64,000 bases of DNA, taken from Octopus vulgaris (lineage: Eukaryota). Below are positions 24,874 through 39,038 of the stretch, one piece after another. The notes below the pieces were generated by a model. That model had not been told where the DNA came from. It made no database searches and saw only the letters and a list, made by a program, of their open reading frames with translations. A program made the translations under genes and the position numbers. The stretch's first letter is position 1. Every line of letters starts with the position of its first letter. The stretch covers positions 36,332,001 through 36,396,000 of the forward strand of contig OX597815.1 in the NCBI GenBank assembly GCA_951406725.2. Direction: 5' to 3'.

Positions 24874-25961
24874 AATAATGATAATAATAATGCTTTCTAC
24901 TATAGTCACAAGACCTGAAATTTTGGGGGAAGGTTAAGTTGATTACATCAACTACAGTGCATAACTGGTATTTATTTCATTGACCCTAAAAGGATGAAAG
25001 GCAAAGTCAACCTCGGTGGATTTTCAACTCAGAACATAAGGACAGACAAAATGCCACTAAGCATTTTGCCAGCATGGTAATGATTCTGCCAGTTTGCCAT
25101 CTTAATAATAATCCTTTCTAATATAGGCACAAGGCCTGAATTTTCTGGGGAGGGGGACAATCGATAATAATAATAATAATAACAATAACAACAATAACTG
25201 TTTAAAATTTTCGTATCATCATCATTGAGTCTTAAAACAGATACAGGCCAGTTACTCAGTTTCTTTGGCACATAAGCGACTGAGATGAGATCATAATACT
25301 CCCCCTGGACAGGATACCAGCCCATTTCAGGACTGATGATTTACAGCTGGGTGGGCTGGAGGAATGTGAAATTAAGTGTTTTGCTCAAGAACACAACAAA
25401 CCATGTGAACCAGAAACTGAAACCACAATGTTGCAATTGTGAGTTCAACACCTTAGCAACTTGGAGACACACTTTCACAAATTTTGGCACAAAGCCTACA
25501 TTTTTAAGGGAAAGGGGTTAATTGATTACATTGACCTCAGTAATTAACTAGTACTGCATTTTAACAACATCTAAAAAGATGAAAGACAAAGTTGACCTTG
25601 GTAGAAGTTGAACTCAGAACACAAAGCGTCAGATGAAATGCTGCTAAGTATTTGTCCAATGTGCTAACGATTCAGCCAGCTTACTGCCTGAATCATAATA
25701 ATAATAATGAAGATTACAATAATAATCCGTTCTATTATAAGCACAAGGCCTGAAATTTGTAGAGAAGAGGGGTTAGTTGATTACATCAACCCCAATGCTC
25801 AACTGGTACTTATTCCATCAACCTTAAAAAGAGAAAGGCAAAGTTGACCTCAGCACCATTTGAACTCAGAATGTAAAGATTCACGAAAGCATTTTGTTTG
25901 GTGTGCTAACAGTTCTGCCAACTTGCCACCTTACAATAATAACAATAATAATAATAATAAT

Positions 25962-25992
<31 letters not shown>

Positions 25993-26639
25993 ATGTACAC
26001 AGACACACATACATGCATGTGTGTTTGTATACATACACACTATATATTTCTTTACAAATGTCATAAAAGTTGTTGTTTGAAATTACACTAGTTTCTTGTC
26101 TTTGTAGTAATATAATACTCCTTATGCAAAATATATCCTGAAGCATTGTTTGCCCTATATAGTGCATTAGCTGTCATTAAAACAATACTAAATACTGGTT
26201 TCACTTATCCTGTAAATTGGGATGCACAAAATTGCAAGTATTTCTCTCAAACACACAAAAAAATACACATGTGCGTATATATACCACACAGGGACACACA
26301 AACACACACATTATATGTATATATATATATGTGTGTGTGTGTGTATGTATATATATATATATATATATATATAGATGTATATATATATGTGTGTGTTTGT
26401 GTGTTCATGTGTGTGTATACAGACACATGAATACTAGTAGCCACTGCCAAATATAGGAAAGGAACTAAAAAAAAAATTCCTCAGAAAGAATAAATATATA
26501 TAATACATAGACACACACTCAAACAAAATACATGGCATAAATTGAAATACACAAATTCTTCCTTATCCTACTCTGTTAATTTGTCAATGTATGTAAAAAA
26601 AATATACACTACACGTACATACACACACACATAGACATA

Positions 26640-26872
26640 CAGATTTGGCCAAAAGTCACCTGATAACAAATCAAAACCATTTAATTCCAAGATTTATTTA
26701 TGTTGAACAACTGAATGAATTTAATAAAAGCATCCATATATGAAACATCATGAAAACTGTTCAAACAGAAGTTCTTCTTGAGCAACACATTTTCCCAATC
26801 GAGTCAATACAGAATTACAGACAGTATTTACAGTATTTTGATTTACTGTCGGGTGACTTTTGGCCAAACCTG
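26640..26872 (-). mobile_element. Tc1/mariner-superfamily MITE/deletion derivative
   Basis: TA flanks and ~38-bp imperfect TIR CAGATTTGGCCAAAAGTCACC / GGTGACTTTTGGCCAAACCTG. Internal minus-strand SVLTRLGKCVAQEELLFEQFS* resembles a transposase C-terminus. Confidence 0.8.
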
Positions 26873-29580
26873 TATATACACACATATACTCTGCTGTGTC
26901 TATCACAAACAAAATGGCCTCTGTTTCTTGAAGGTGGTTGGGCTTCGGCCACTTCCATAACTCAGTTTTTCTGCTCCTTTTGTCACTAAAAGAATGTCTC
27001 AAAAGAATGTCAACTCTTAAAAATTCCATCTGTAGACGTTTTTCTTGAGGCTACTGACTTACCACAATTAAAAGCATTGAGTACACACAACAAAGTGATT
27101 GACAAAAGAGCAGAAAAAGAAAAGGTCAAGAGGACACTTCGGTCTTGTCATAGACATGCTAACCTCTCTAGTGCAGGTGCCATGATTAAATGCATCCAGT
27201 ACTCTCCTGTTAAGTGGCTGATGTTTAGAAGGACATCCAGCCAGAGAAAAATGCCAAAAATAGACATTCAATAAAGGTGTGATCCTTTATTAACCATCTA
27301 GGAGAATGATAACTCTAAATAAGAATTAACTCACTGATGAACTCCCCAAATCCTGCCAGCATAGGAAGAAATAAAATGGGTTCAATCCCACAGTGCAGCA
27401 CCTTGGGGAAGTGTCTTCTACTAGAGAACAAGCACTGATTTGACCAAAGCTTTGTAACTGGATTGGTAAGACAGAAACTGAAAGAAGCCCATCATATTAT
27501 CTATCTGTCTGTCTATCTATCTATCTACACACACACACAAGTGTGTGTTTATATTTGTGTTTACCCTTGTCTTGATATCATGTAATGATTGTAAATGAGC
27601 ATAACAGTCACATAAGCAATGTTGTTTTATATGTCTTTCATATAAAAATCATTAGAGCATCATAAAATGCTTAGTGGTATTCCCACTGAGGTCGACTTTG
27701 CCTTTCATCCCTCAAGGTTCAATAAAAAACAATCCAGTTGAGCACTGGGGTCGATGTAATCAACTAACCCCCTCTTCCCAAAATTGCTGGCCTTGTGTCA
27801 AACTTTGAAATCATTATTGGCTAGGTTGTATTTATCCATAGTTACTATTTTCTTTTATAGTGTTCACAGATTTTTAACATTTAGTTTTTGAAACATTTGT
27901 ATGAAATCAACTTTTTGTTTTCATTTCTGTACTCTTTGTGTTTATTAATACATACACATGCACCCACCTACACATACACGTAGTCCAGTGTTTGGTCAAG
28001 TCCTATGGGTTAGATTCCTTCAGTCTACATGCATTATTTTTATATTAGAATTAATAACATTAAAACAACATTTGTTATTCTAAACCCTAATATTCACATT
28101 AAGCTTAAAAATATTAAATTAAGGGACCCTTAATAAACAACCAAGAGGCAACCTCTCTGTAGTAACCTGCTTGAAATATCAACAAAATCTCTCCCAAGTC
28201 ACACCTTAAAAACATGGTAGGCTACACTGGGTAATAGAATCAATCATAGATAATAGAATCAATCATGTATTTATCATCCCATTATGAAACAAAGATAGGA
28301 AGATAACTAGGTAGATTTGGCTGCTATTTCTTGTAGGTTTGGTAATGACATGCTGCATAGCTAGGTCACTATTCATCATCATCATCATCGTTTAACATCT
28401 GCTTTCCATGGTTTGGACGATTTGACTGAGGACTGGCAAACCAGATGGCTGCACCAAACTCCAATCTGATCTGGCAGAGTTTCTACAGCTGGATGCCCTT
28501 CCTAACGCCAACCACTCCGAGAGTGTAGTGGGTGCTTTTCCGTGCCACCAGCACAAGAGCCAGTCAGGCGGTACTGGCAACAACCACGCTCAAATGGTGG
28601 GTTTTTACATGCCACCTGCATAGGAGCCAGTCCAGTGGCACTGGCAATGACTTTGCTTGAATGTTTTTTCATGTGCCATCAGTACAAGTGCCAGTAAGGC
28701 GATGCTGGTAATGATCAAGCTCGAATGGTTCTTTTTACGTGCCACCGGCATGGTAGCCAGTTAGCTACTCTGGCAACGATCACACTCGGATGGTGCTCTT
28801 AGCGCTCCAGTAGCACGGATGCCAGTCATTGAATTTGATTTCAATTTCTATTAATTCTAATTTTTGAGAATTTTCCAAATGTAGTATCATAAGGATCCAT
28901 TCCACACTTACTCTTTTCAATTGGTAGCTACACAACACAAATCAGCCTCATATGCATGTGATGTCACATCCTTCAACAATTCTCCAGACACTGCTGTATA
29001 ACTACTCCAGCCCTAATAAAAGCATTCTAGAAATTTAGTTTCTCCACAACAGACATAAACTCATACCAAATCCACTGTTTCTTCTGAGCAACACCAAAGA
29101 ACATCAAAGGCGACCAACCTTCAGACTCAACAACGTAAATATATTTACACATAAACAGAGAAAAAATACCAAGATTTGCATAAAACTCCTCCAAGACACA
29201 ACATATGTCATTTGTATAGAATCACTTTCATGTTCTTGTGGAGCCTATTCAGAAACTTTATGGCGTTATATATATTTCAATGTAAATATTATCAGATTGA
29301 GAGAGATAAAATATTAAAGTTAGTTTTCAAAGAATCACCAATGTTTAAAGATACAATTCATTTTCAAAATCTACCAACAGCTAAAAATTTTTAATTCATA
29401 GAAATAACCATATCGTTTAACAGAAAAAACATTTAACTGTTTGGTTATTTTTCTTTTCATTTTATTTCATTAAACTATGTTAATAGGGTATTATATATCT
29501 TTTTCTAGTCTGTCATAATTTTCTTGCTTAAGTGAATTTATAAGACAGTCAAGAAAGGAAAATGAGACACAAACACACTT

Positions 29581-29982
29581 AGACGCAGGAGTGGCTGTGT
29601 GGTAAGTAGCTTGTTAACCAACCACATGGTTCCAGGTTCAGTCCCACTGCGTGGCACCTTGGGTAAGTGTCTTCTACTATAGCCTCGGGCCGACCAAAGC
29701 CTTGTGAGTGGATTTGGTAGACGGAAACTGAAAGAAGCCTGTCGTATATATGTATATATATATATATGCGTGTGTGTGTTTGTGTGTCTGTGTTTGTCCC
29801 CCTAGCATTGCTTGACAACCGATGCTAGTGTGTTTATGTCCCTGTTACTTAGTGGTGCGGCAAAAGAGACCAGTAGAATAAGTACTGGGCTTGCAAAAGA
29901 ATAAGTTCCGGGGTCGAGTTGCTCGATTAAAGGTAGTGCTCCAGCATGGCCGCAGTCAAATGACTGAAACAAGTAAAAAGAG
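29581..29982 (+). mobile_element. Full-length tRNA-derived SINE family D with internal (TA)n(TG)n; degenerate copies at ~4525-4880(-), 38240-38515, 42620-42990(-), 61605-61785
   Basis: Head GGAGTGGCTGTGTGGTAAG..GGTTCAGTCCC, body CCTTGGGTAAGTGTCTTC..GGATTTGGTAGACGGAAACTG, tail GCTCCAGCATGGCCGCAG..TGACTGAAACAAGT. Confidence 0.9.
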
Positions 29983-30494
29983 AAAAAAAAAAGAGAGAGA
30001 AAAGAGAGCAATAACAGACACCATATTTGTCCAACAGAAAGAAACAACAATGGTATACAAACAATAAGATCCGTTGTGGATTATGCCAGTCCTGCCCCTC
30101 CACACTGAACTATGAAGAACACAAACAGGCACATTAAACATCATAACAGGTTGTACACAGATAACACTCAAAGACCATCTACACAACAAAACAGAAATGC
30201 TAAATATAAAAGACCATCTGGAGATGCAAGAGGCACAGTTTGTTTCTGTAACAAGCTTCAATGCTGACAGTCCACACTCAAGCAGTAAAGCAAGTACAAC
30301 TTCTGAAAAACATTCTCTCACCATACAGCTGAGACATACATAAGGAACACACACATATGTCTATAGACTCACTGCAATAGCTGCAACATCTATAGTCTCA
30401 CTGCCTCCAATCACTGTTGGAATGCACATAAAGTTGGTGAGATGGCTCTGTAGGTTGTACTTAACAGTTAGTCAACTACCCGAATAGTCTAAAC

Positions 30495-30800
30495 CAGTGA
30501 TTCCCACACTTTTTCGGGCTGTCACCCCTTTGACACTCAAGCCACATTCCTAGTGCCCCGCCCCTCACTCAGCACCACAAATGTAGACCACTTTCTACAG
30601 AAAATTCAAAGAGCAGTATTTCACAAATAAAACTTAACCTAATTAACCCGTTATTTGGGGAGGGGTGGAAGTGGTGTTACATTCCTCGCCTCCTTTTAGC
30701 CAACCTTTTATTGCCCCACTTTCCTTCAATGTCCCTCTTGATCTTTCCGCTACCCACAGGGAGGGGGTGGGGTCAGTACTGCCCACTTTGGGAACCACTG
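30495..30800. mobile_element. hAT (Charlie-like) MITE
   Basis: Perfect 8-bp TSD GTCTAAAC (30487-30494 / 30801-30808). TIR CAGTGATTCCCA / TGGGAACCACTG. Confidence 0.9.
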
Positions 30801-31477
30801 GTCTAAACAACAATAACCTGAAATTTCTTTCCAGAACAAATCCCTTCAAATCCAATGTAACTTCAGAAATTTAAGGATGAGTACTGTGTTCCCTCGGAAA
30901 CCACCTCAAATAATTATAGCCACTCCTGTCATGGAAAAACATTGTTATGACATAGGTGCTCAAACATTCTGAAAAGTAGGTCAGTATAACATGTAACTCA
31001 GAAACTACATGCAATTGACTGAAACTTGTAATATTACCTTTATAATGCCAGTGCACTGACTGTTTGTACTATCCATACAGGAACCTAAATGTTTCCTTTA
31101 ACTACCTCTGTTGCTTTGAATAGATATTTTAATTTGTAATATCTCACCTGTAATAAATGGAAATACTAGCTTGAAATGTATTTCATACATAAAGGAGTGT
31201 GTATGTGTTTCCACACACATGTACACAAGTACATGTGTATGGGCATTTCAATTTACAAATTACCTAGAGTTCACTTATTCATTCAAAGGTGGCGTCTTTA
31301 CTCCAAGTTTTGTTCTTCATAGCCATGCGTACATGTGTGTTTATGTATACACACACACACTCTCTGTCTCTCCCTTTTATTCTTTTATTTCTTTCAGTCT
31401 CTAGAATGAAGAGCAATTGGATCACGGCCTTGTAAGGCAGAGCCCTGATCTAGGTTTCAGTTGATAATAACCCCAGC

Positions 31478-31625
31478 ATTGTTCGACCGTGGTCGAGACA
31501 ATGGAATTTACCATGCTACGCCAGACTTCACAGTCCATCATAGCATTAAGGAGGTCCTGTTGCTGGATGCCTGTATCCCTGGAGATTACATCAGGATAGG
31601 AGAGTGTGTGCCCTCTGGTAATAAT
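31478..31625 (-). mobile_element. Short non-LTR (RTE-like) C-terminal fragment
   Basis: Peptide RGHTLSYPDVISRDTGIQQQDLLNAMMDCEVWRSMV resembles the RTE C-terminal ..DRxxWR end. Confidence 0.55.
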
Positions 31626-34600
31626 AACGCCAGCATTTATCATATTCATCAAAGCACTAAGTTACAGAACCTTAACAAAAAGCAGTCTTTCAAAGAATGT
31701 CAATGTAAAGCAGACATGAAAGTAGATACACAAAGGTACACAGTCTCCATTTATTAATTCCAGTAAGAAGTTTAAGAAGACACCCAAAATATCATGAAGT
31801 GGGACAAAATCCGAAATCATGTGGCTGTGAAGCAAACTTCTTAATAACATATATTTCTTTATTGCCCACAAGGGGTTAAACATAGAAGGGACAAACAAGG
31901 ACAGACAAACGGATTAAGTCAATTACATCGACCCCAGTGCGTAACTGTTACTTTATTTATCGACCCCGAAAGGATGAAAGGCAAAGTCGACCTCGGCGGA
32001 ATTTGAACTCACAACGTAACGGCAGACGAAATTCGGCTACGCGTTTCGCCCGGCGTGCTAATGTTTCTGCTAGCTCGCCGCCTTTTTAATAATATAGCTA
32101 TAACTGCATAAATGTTATAGCCTCAAGTCATCCATTTAGTTCAAACTACCTCAATCTTTTTGTTTTATCATAGCAATGACACAAGGAATCAACCAACAAT
32201 GATAGGAGATTGCCAAAATGTAAATGTGCTGCTGTTTTGGTTTATCCTTGTTTAATTTAGAGAGGAGAGGCAAATGCTCATGGTAGTTTTGACTTTAAGA
32301 GTCCCTCCTAGTGTGAGGAATTTATGTATAATAATGCCCTTAATATAAATAAATATATTTAAAAGGAATAATTAATAAATTTTTCTCTTATGAGGTTTTT
32401 TTATGCTAACTACTAGATAAATTCTTATAAAGATTTTATCCTATTTTTCAATTGTATTTAGCAGTTCCTTTGCAACTGTTTATTAGGTCAGAATACACAA
32501 GTTTGTAGATGAAGTTAATGATACTGCATCTGTCTGTCTTCATCTTATAAACCCTACTATATCTCAAAGCATCACATTAAACGATTTGTTCGATTCTTTC
32601 TCTCTCAACACTGCCACTCACCTTGAAACTTTTCCCTTGTCCGAATTTTCCTTAAAGACATTAACCTTCAGAATTCTAAGCTGAACCACAAAGAACTACA
32701 TTCTCACCTCCACCAAATAGTTTTAAAAAATATATTATTTACGAGATATGAAATGAAGGCAATAATCAGAGGAGACTTACAAGGAATGGAAACTTACAAA
32801 AAAAACCCAGATATAGGTAATATACTGGTAGTATATTGGATGAAATATAAGCAAAATACGAAGCAAAGGCATAGATATTTAAATGACTCAGTATGACTGG
32901 GTACTGCGTGGATTTAGTTTTTATACAGGGAAAATAATGTTAGTCAGCATGGCCTAGGGAACGATGTGGTCTGGAATTTATCACTTCCATACCATAACCA
33001 GGGCCGTATATTATTTTTTGACCGATTTCTTTAGTTCGGTCAAACTTGCGGTGGATTCCAGTATTTCACTTTATTTCACCTTTATGGTACACCTGTTGTG
33101 CATTAAATTCAACTGATGATACAGTGATGTGCACAATTCTTCTTTATCAAAATTTTGTTGCATACCCATTTGAATATTAGCTGATGATTCATTTTCTATG
33201 GTGATGTTTAAACAAAATTTTAATATTTTTACCTTTTGCTCAATTTACCTGGATTTACCTGTAATTAAAGTCACTTTGAGACAAAAGTTATGCAATAGAA
33301 TTGATTAAGAACCCTTTCTTTAATTATGTTCCAAATATCACATTAATATGTTGATAAGTAAAAAAAGTTACAGTTATTTAATGAAACAAGCCTAGATTGA
33401 TGATTATTTTAGAATTTAATTGAAACTCATGAGGGGTGTATTTTGGTCAGAAATATAGTAACGAAAGGGTTAAGGCTAACCGCTAATCTGAGAACTTTCT
33501 TTTAATAAAGAAATTATATGTAATCTGTTGTTATTGTTGGTTAGCCTCGGGTCTGTCTTGGCTGACAAGGCCAATGATCGAAGGTATTCCATCCATTTTT
33601 ACAAGCACAGTACATTCAATACCATATTCTCTAATGTGTCCTAAGACAGTAGAGTGTAATTTGAAGAAAATTTGGCAGTTATTTCTATGAAATTAAATTA
33701 CTCCTTTGTGGTTCTTTCACTGACTCCTTAGTTGCAATAATGAGTTGTAGTGATAATTAGTCTTAAGATGTTATCATTTAGCTATATTTCAGCCCAAAGT
33801 TGAGCAGAATAATGACCTTTGCTTTAAAAGTCAGCAAAGTGAGTGTTGAGATTTGGCTACTATTTCTAGCAGGTGAAACGACCACATAGAAGCTTTCTCA
33901 TTGGTTCATATATTGGTATGCAGCACACTGAGCTAAAATGTATGCGTTATTGGAATAATGTCGTGGTAAGCTGGTAACAGAAGAGTATATTGTGACATGC
34001 AACATATGTAGTAGTGCATGTATAGAGAAGTGACAAAATTAAAAATGGTAAAATTATAAATAATGATGTGCACACCATCTTCACTGTAAATGTGAACTAT
34101 CATTTATCTTCAAAGTAATGCTACTCTACGTCCTACAGATTATATTGTGTTACTTCAGTTTCTGCTGGCTTTTCTTATATCTAAGGATAGTGATATGTAT
34201 TAACCATTATGACAAGGGAACTGCCTTAAGTACTTTCTAGGCAGACATTCAAATATCCTATATGTATCTGAACGTGGCCGATGCCAGCGCCGCCTTGACT
34301 GGCTTCTGTGCCGGTGGCACGTTAAAAGCACCAACCGATCGTGGCCGATGCCAGACTCCCCTGGCACCTGTGCTGGTGGCACGTAAAAAGCACCCACTAC
34401 ACTTGCGGAGTGGTTGGCGTTAGGAAGGGCATCCAGCTGTAGAAACACTGCCAGATCAGACTGGAGCATGGTGCAGCCCCTGGCTTCCCAGACCCCGGTC
34501 GAACCGTCCAACCCGTGCTAGCGCGGAAAACGGACGTTAAACGATGATAATGTAGTTGTAAAGTTAAGTGATTTGTCAATGCTTTATCAAAATCACCACC

Positions 34601-35290
34601 CAAACAGCAAAGTTATTTGGCTTCTTAAAGAAAGGAAAGATATATGGAAGATAGTTGAAGCAGAGTCTACAGTAATGATAGCCATCAGATATTTAATTTC
34701 ATTACAAATGTTTGACAGCTTTTCGTATAGTGCAGAGTATTCAAATGACAATACTGGAACATGTCTTATTTTCAAACACACACACACACATGACTGACAA
34801 TGAAATTATCATACTGATGTACCACTTCAAATGTAAAATATAAGAAACAAATGAACAAGATAGCCAGTTTCTACATATTCAGTATCAATAAGTGTAAGAG
34901 TCATTGGTGTTAATTTCTCCAAAATTTTTGAAACGCCTCTCATAATACTAGTTGTAAAATTACAGCTGCTTTTTGTTCTTAAAACATTTTTAGTAAAATG
35001 TCAAGCAACACTTATCTTGGTTGAAGAGATGTAAGTAATGCATGGCTGATTACCGATACACCTGAATTGTTACATTCCATTGTTTAAGAGATTGTGATGG
35101 ACTGAGCGATACAATATCTTCAGGACATCATGTAGCCTGCCTAGCACAACAACAGAATAAAATATCTTTATCACATTTCAGAAATACAAACAGAAGAATA
35201 TTTGTAGGGTGTTGATTCTCACCTCAGAATTCAGTAAAGTATTGGGAAATCATATTAAGATTTTTGTCTATACAGTGTACCTATATCATT

Positions 35291-35598
35291 GTGGAGGCAC
35301 ATGGCCTGGTGGTTAGAGTAGCGGACTCGCAGTCGAGGGATTGCGGGTTCGAATCTCAGACCAGGCAATGTGTGTGTGTGTTTATGAGCGAAACACCTAA
35401 GCTCCACGCGGCTCCGGCAGAAGACAATGGCGAACTTCTGCTGACTCTTTCGCCACAACTTTCTCTCACTCTTTCCTCCTGCATCTTGCAGCTCACCTGT
35501 GACAAACCGGCGTCCTGTCCAGGTGGGGAACCCATATGCCAAGGAAACCGGGAAACCAGCCCTTATGAGCCAGGCATGGCTCGAGAAGGATCAAACAA
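35291..35598 (+). mobile_element. tRNA-Arg-like SINE (family C head, V-domain-like 3' half)
   Basis: 12-bp TSD ACCTATATCATT (35279-35290 / 35599-35610), A/B boxes TGGCCTGGTGG and GGTTCGAATCTC, TCG anticodon-like loop. Confidence 0.88.
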
Positions 35599-38500
35599 AC
35601 CTATATCATTACAAGGTGAGGAAATGCTTGCTAGTTTATATAATGCTCCACTACTTACTTAGACATAAGATTTTATCAATCCAAGGAATTTATTTACAGT
35701 AAAGGGCCATTTGCAAGTTATCAAACTTAAGGCTACTGACAAGGTACAGTACCAGTGATGTAATGTAATGTGTAGAATTGACTCTTCAGTCAGCAATTCA
35801 CCATTCTATCAACTCAACTGGATGTGACTCTCAATAAAATGTTTATATTACAAACATAAATAATAGTATTCAGATAATAACACCCTTACATACTTAATGC
35901 TTCATATTCACCTTATGATGGCAATTTGATGATGCTATACTATATTTACAGATTCTAATTTCATCAGCATCACTGCTTAACATCTGTTTTCCATGCATGC
36001 ATGGGTCAGATAGTTTTGGCAGAAGCTGATGAGTTGGACAACTGTGTCAAGTTCCAATATCTGCTTTGGCATGGTTTTTATAGCTGGATGCCCTTCATGA
36101 TGATGCTATATTATATTTACAGATTGCTATACCATATTTTCAGATAAAATTATATCTAACCCTATAACTATCTCCATGCAGGATCAGAAATAACCTAAGA
36201 ACCTGTATAATCCCTATGAAATACATCAAAATAAAAATAACACCCACACACACACAAACAGTAAAAAATTCTAAAATACAAAAGAAAAGATAAATATTTA
36301 CTTTTATATCTTGATTTGATAGACTCAATTCTAAATTAATCAGAGGTTAAGAAGAGGCAGTTCCCACAGCTAATACCCAACATCAATAGTTGAAAGGAAA
36401 AATGTTGGTGGGGAAAAGATTTGGGGCCTGGCTCATATGCTTACAACAGACCCAAGGACCATATGGGATGCTAAAACTAGGCCTTTAGTGAGAGGGTCTA
36501 AATGTCAATGAATGATCAACCGAAACACACGTTTCAGAGCATTGACAGGTATCATATTCAAAGTTTACCAATGTAGGAGTTATGAAATAGCCATAACTGG
36601 AGATTGAAACTGGCACTTGAGATTGGGTTTATTGGGATTTACAGCATCACCATTTGTTATATATATTGTGTCAGCTTTCCACACCTGCTTCTCCTACCCA
36701 TCCTCTGAGAACAAGAGAAATTTCATATAAACAATATACAATCTTTTATTTGTATGATCTTCAAAATTCTTTTCTGTGAACATCTGAAATAATTCCAGTT
36801 GGTATTAGAAACTTAATACCAGTGCCATAAATGTTTTGCACTCTATTCTTATATTGCAGTGAGTACTGTTGTCAGGTTCTTTAACTTCACAAGTTATATT
36901 TAGTATCAGTAGACCACCCGTATAGATTGAAGAATTTGATCTGTCTTTTGTGTTTGTTTACACTTGAAAATATATATGGAATAGTTAAACATTATTTTTT
37001 TGCTCTTTTTTTCTTTTGGGTGGTGTGAGAATGGGGTAAGTGTAAGATTGTTCAATTTGACAGAGTTCTTTAAAAATGTTAGAATCTTCTCTTTTAACAA
37101 ATTTGATGTGACAGTTGACCACATACACATGAGGCTTCTATGCAATCACTTAGCCTATGAGAAATAGCAGTCAAATTCCCATATATCACACCCTACCAAA
37201 AAGGAAGGTTACACTGAACAATATAGTTCTCAGTATATAAAAGTATAAAAAATGTTACAGCTGGAAGAACATTGATTATAAGTCACTACGTCACGGTTGA
37301 ACTAGAGGAAACAACATCATACATGTTTGGGTGGGTTGGTGCACACACGCGTGTATGTACATGTGGGAGTTTCATCATCATCATCATCATCGTTTAGCAT
37401 CCGCTTTCCATGCGTTGGATGGTTCAACTGGGGTCTGGGAAGCCAGAAGGCTGCACCAGGCCCAGTCTGATCTGGCAATGTTTCTACGGCTGGATGCCCT
37501 TCCTAACGTCAAAGAGGATGCCCTTTCTAACACCTAATGAGTTTGTTTGTGATTATGTGCATATATGCATAGTTACTGTGGAGCATTGTCAAACTACTGG
37601 TGAGTTGATAGCTCTGTTCAGATCTGTTCCTTTTTTTCGGTGCCAGAGATTGGCTATTTGATAATAAATAATACTGCTCATGTATTAAATATGCACATAT
37701 GTAAACAAAACTTTCCTTTCTCTTAACCTTTCTAAGTAAATCAAAACACAATTTCTAAAAGCAACAGATGAATTAACTAACCTGATACTTCAGCTAGCTA
37801 TGAGAAACGTAAGAGGAGGTCATTCTTTTTGTCATTGAAGCATCATGAACAATATCAAAATAAACCATTCAAGAGATTAAGATTGGAATTGAAATGAAAA
37901 GCATGAAAAGTTAGCCTCTGCAGGATTTGAATTCAAAATGTAAAAAGTGGGAAGAAATACTGCAGAGTACTTTTCCAATGCACTAGTGAGCTTACCAATT
38001 TAACACCCTTGATGATAACAATAATAATGGTTTCAAATTTTGGCATAAAGCCAGCAAATTTTGGGTAGCAAGGAAGTAGATTACATCAACCCCAGTGCTC
38101 AACTGGTGCTTATTTTATCAACCCTGAAAGGATGAAAGGTAAAGTCAACCTTGGCAGAGTTTGAACTCAGAATATAAAGATGGGTTGAAATGCCACTAAG
38201 TATTTTGTTTGGTGTGATATCGACTGTGTTAGTTTGAAACCTGACCAAAGCCTTGTGGGTGTGTGTATGTGTGTTTTGTTCTGCTGTGTGTGTGTCTTTG
38301 TGTATGTCTGTCTCCAACCACCACTTGACAACTAGTGTTGGTGTGTTCATGTCCCTCTAACTTAGTGGTTTGGCAACAGAGACTGATGGAATAAGTACCG
38401 AGTATAAAAAAATATATACTAGGTACTGGGGTTGATTTGTTTGACTAAAACTCTTCAAGGCAGTGTCCCAGTATGGCCAGAGTCTAATGACTGAAACAAG

Positions 38501-38994
38501 TAAAAGTAGAAAAGATAACAGATACTGGGGAAGGTGAATGAGAACAGTAGCGGCAGTGATTGTCTCCCCTTGTTGGATAGTACAGTCAAAAGTGCACTAT
38601 TCCTGAGCTAACGAGGATGATGGAATGATCATAGACGGAATGCTTTTTGATCATAGATCTGTTTGGTCAGAGCCAGCTTAGGGCTAAACATCAATAACTG
38701 TAACTTCTCAGACATGAAACTGAAATATTCTCCCACCAAGTAATAGATGTAATATTTTCTGCTCATCCTTCTTTTGTAGAACTCAACTGCCACATCAACA
38801 AATGTGAGCCAACAGACACCACATAAGTAAAATAATCTTGAAGGTCAATACATCCCGAACAAAAATAAACAGATGAAATAGTATAATGGGATAAACACCA
38901 TAGTACAGTTGGCCCTTGGTGGTGTCCTGAAATGGGTGTTCTACCATCATCATAATATAACATTTCTTTTCTAAGAAGGGACATAAAGCACAAA

Positions 38995-39038
<44 letters not shown>

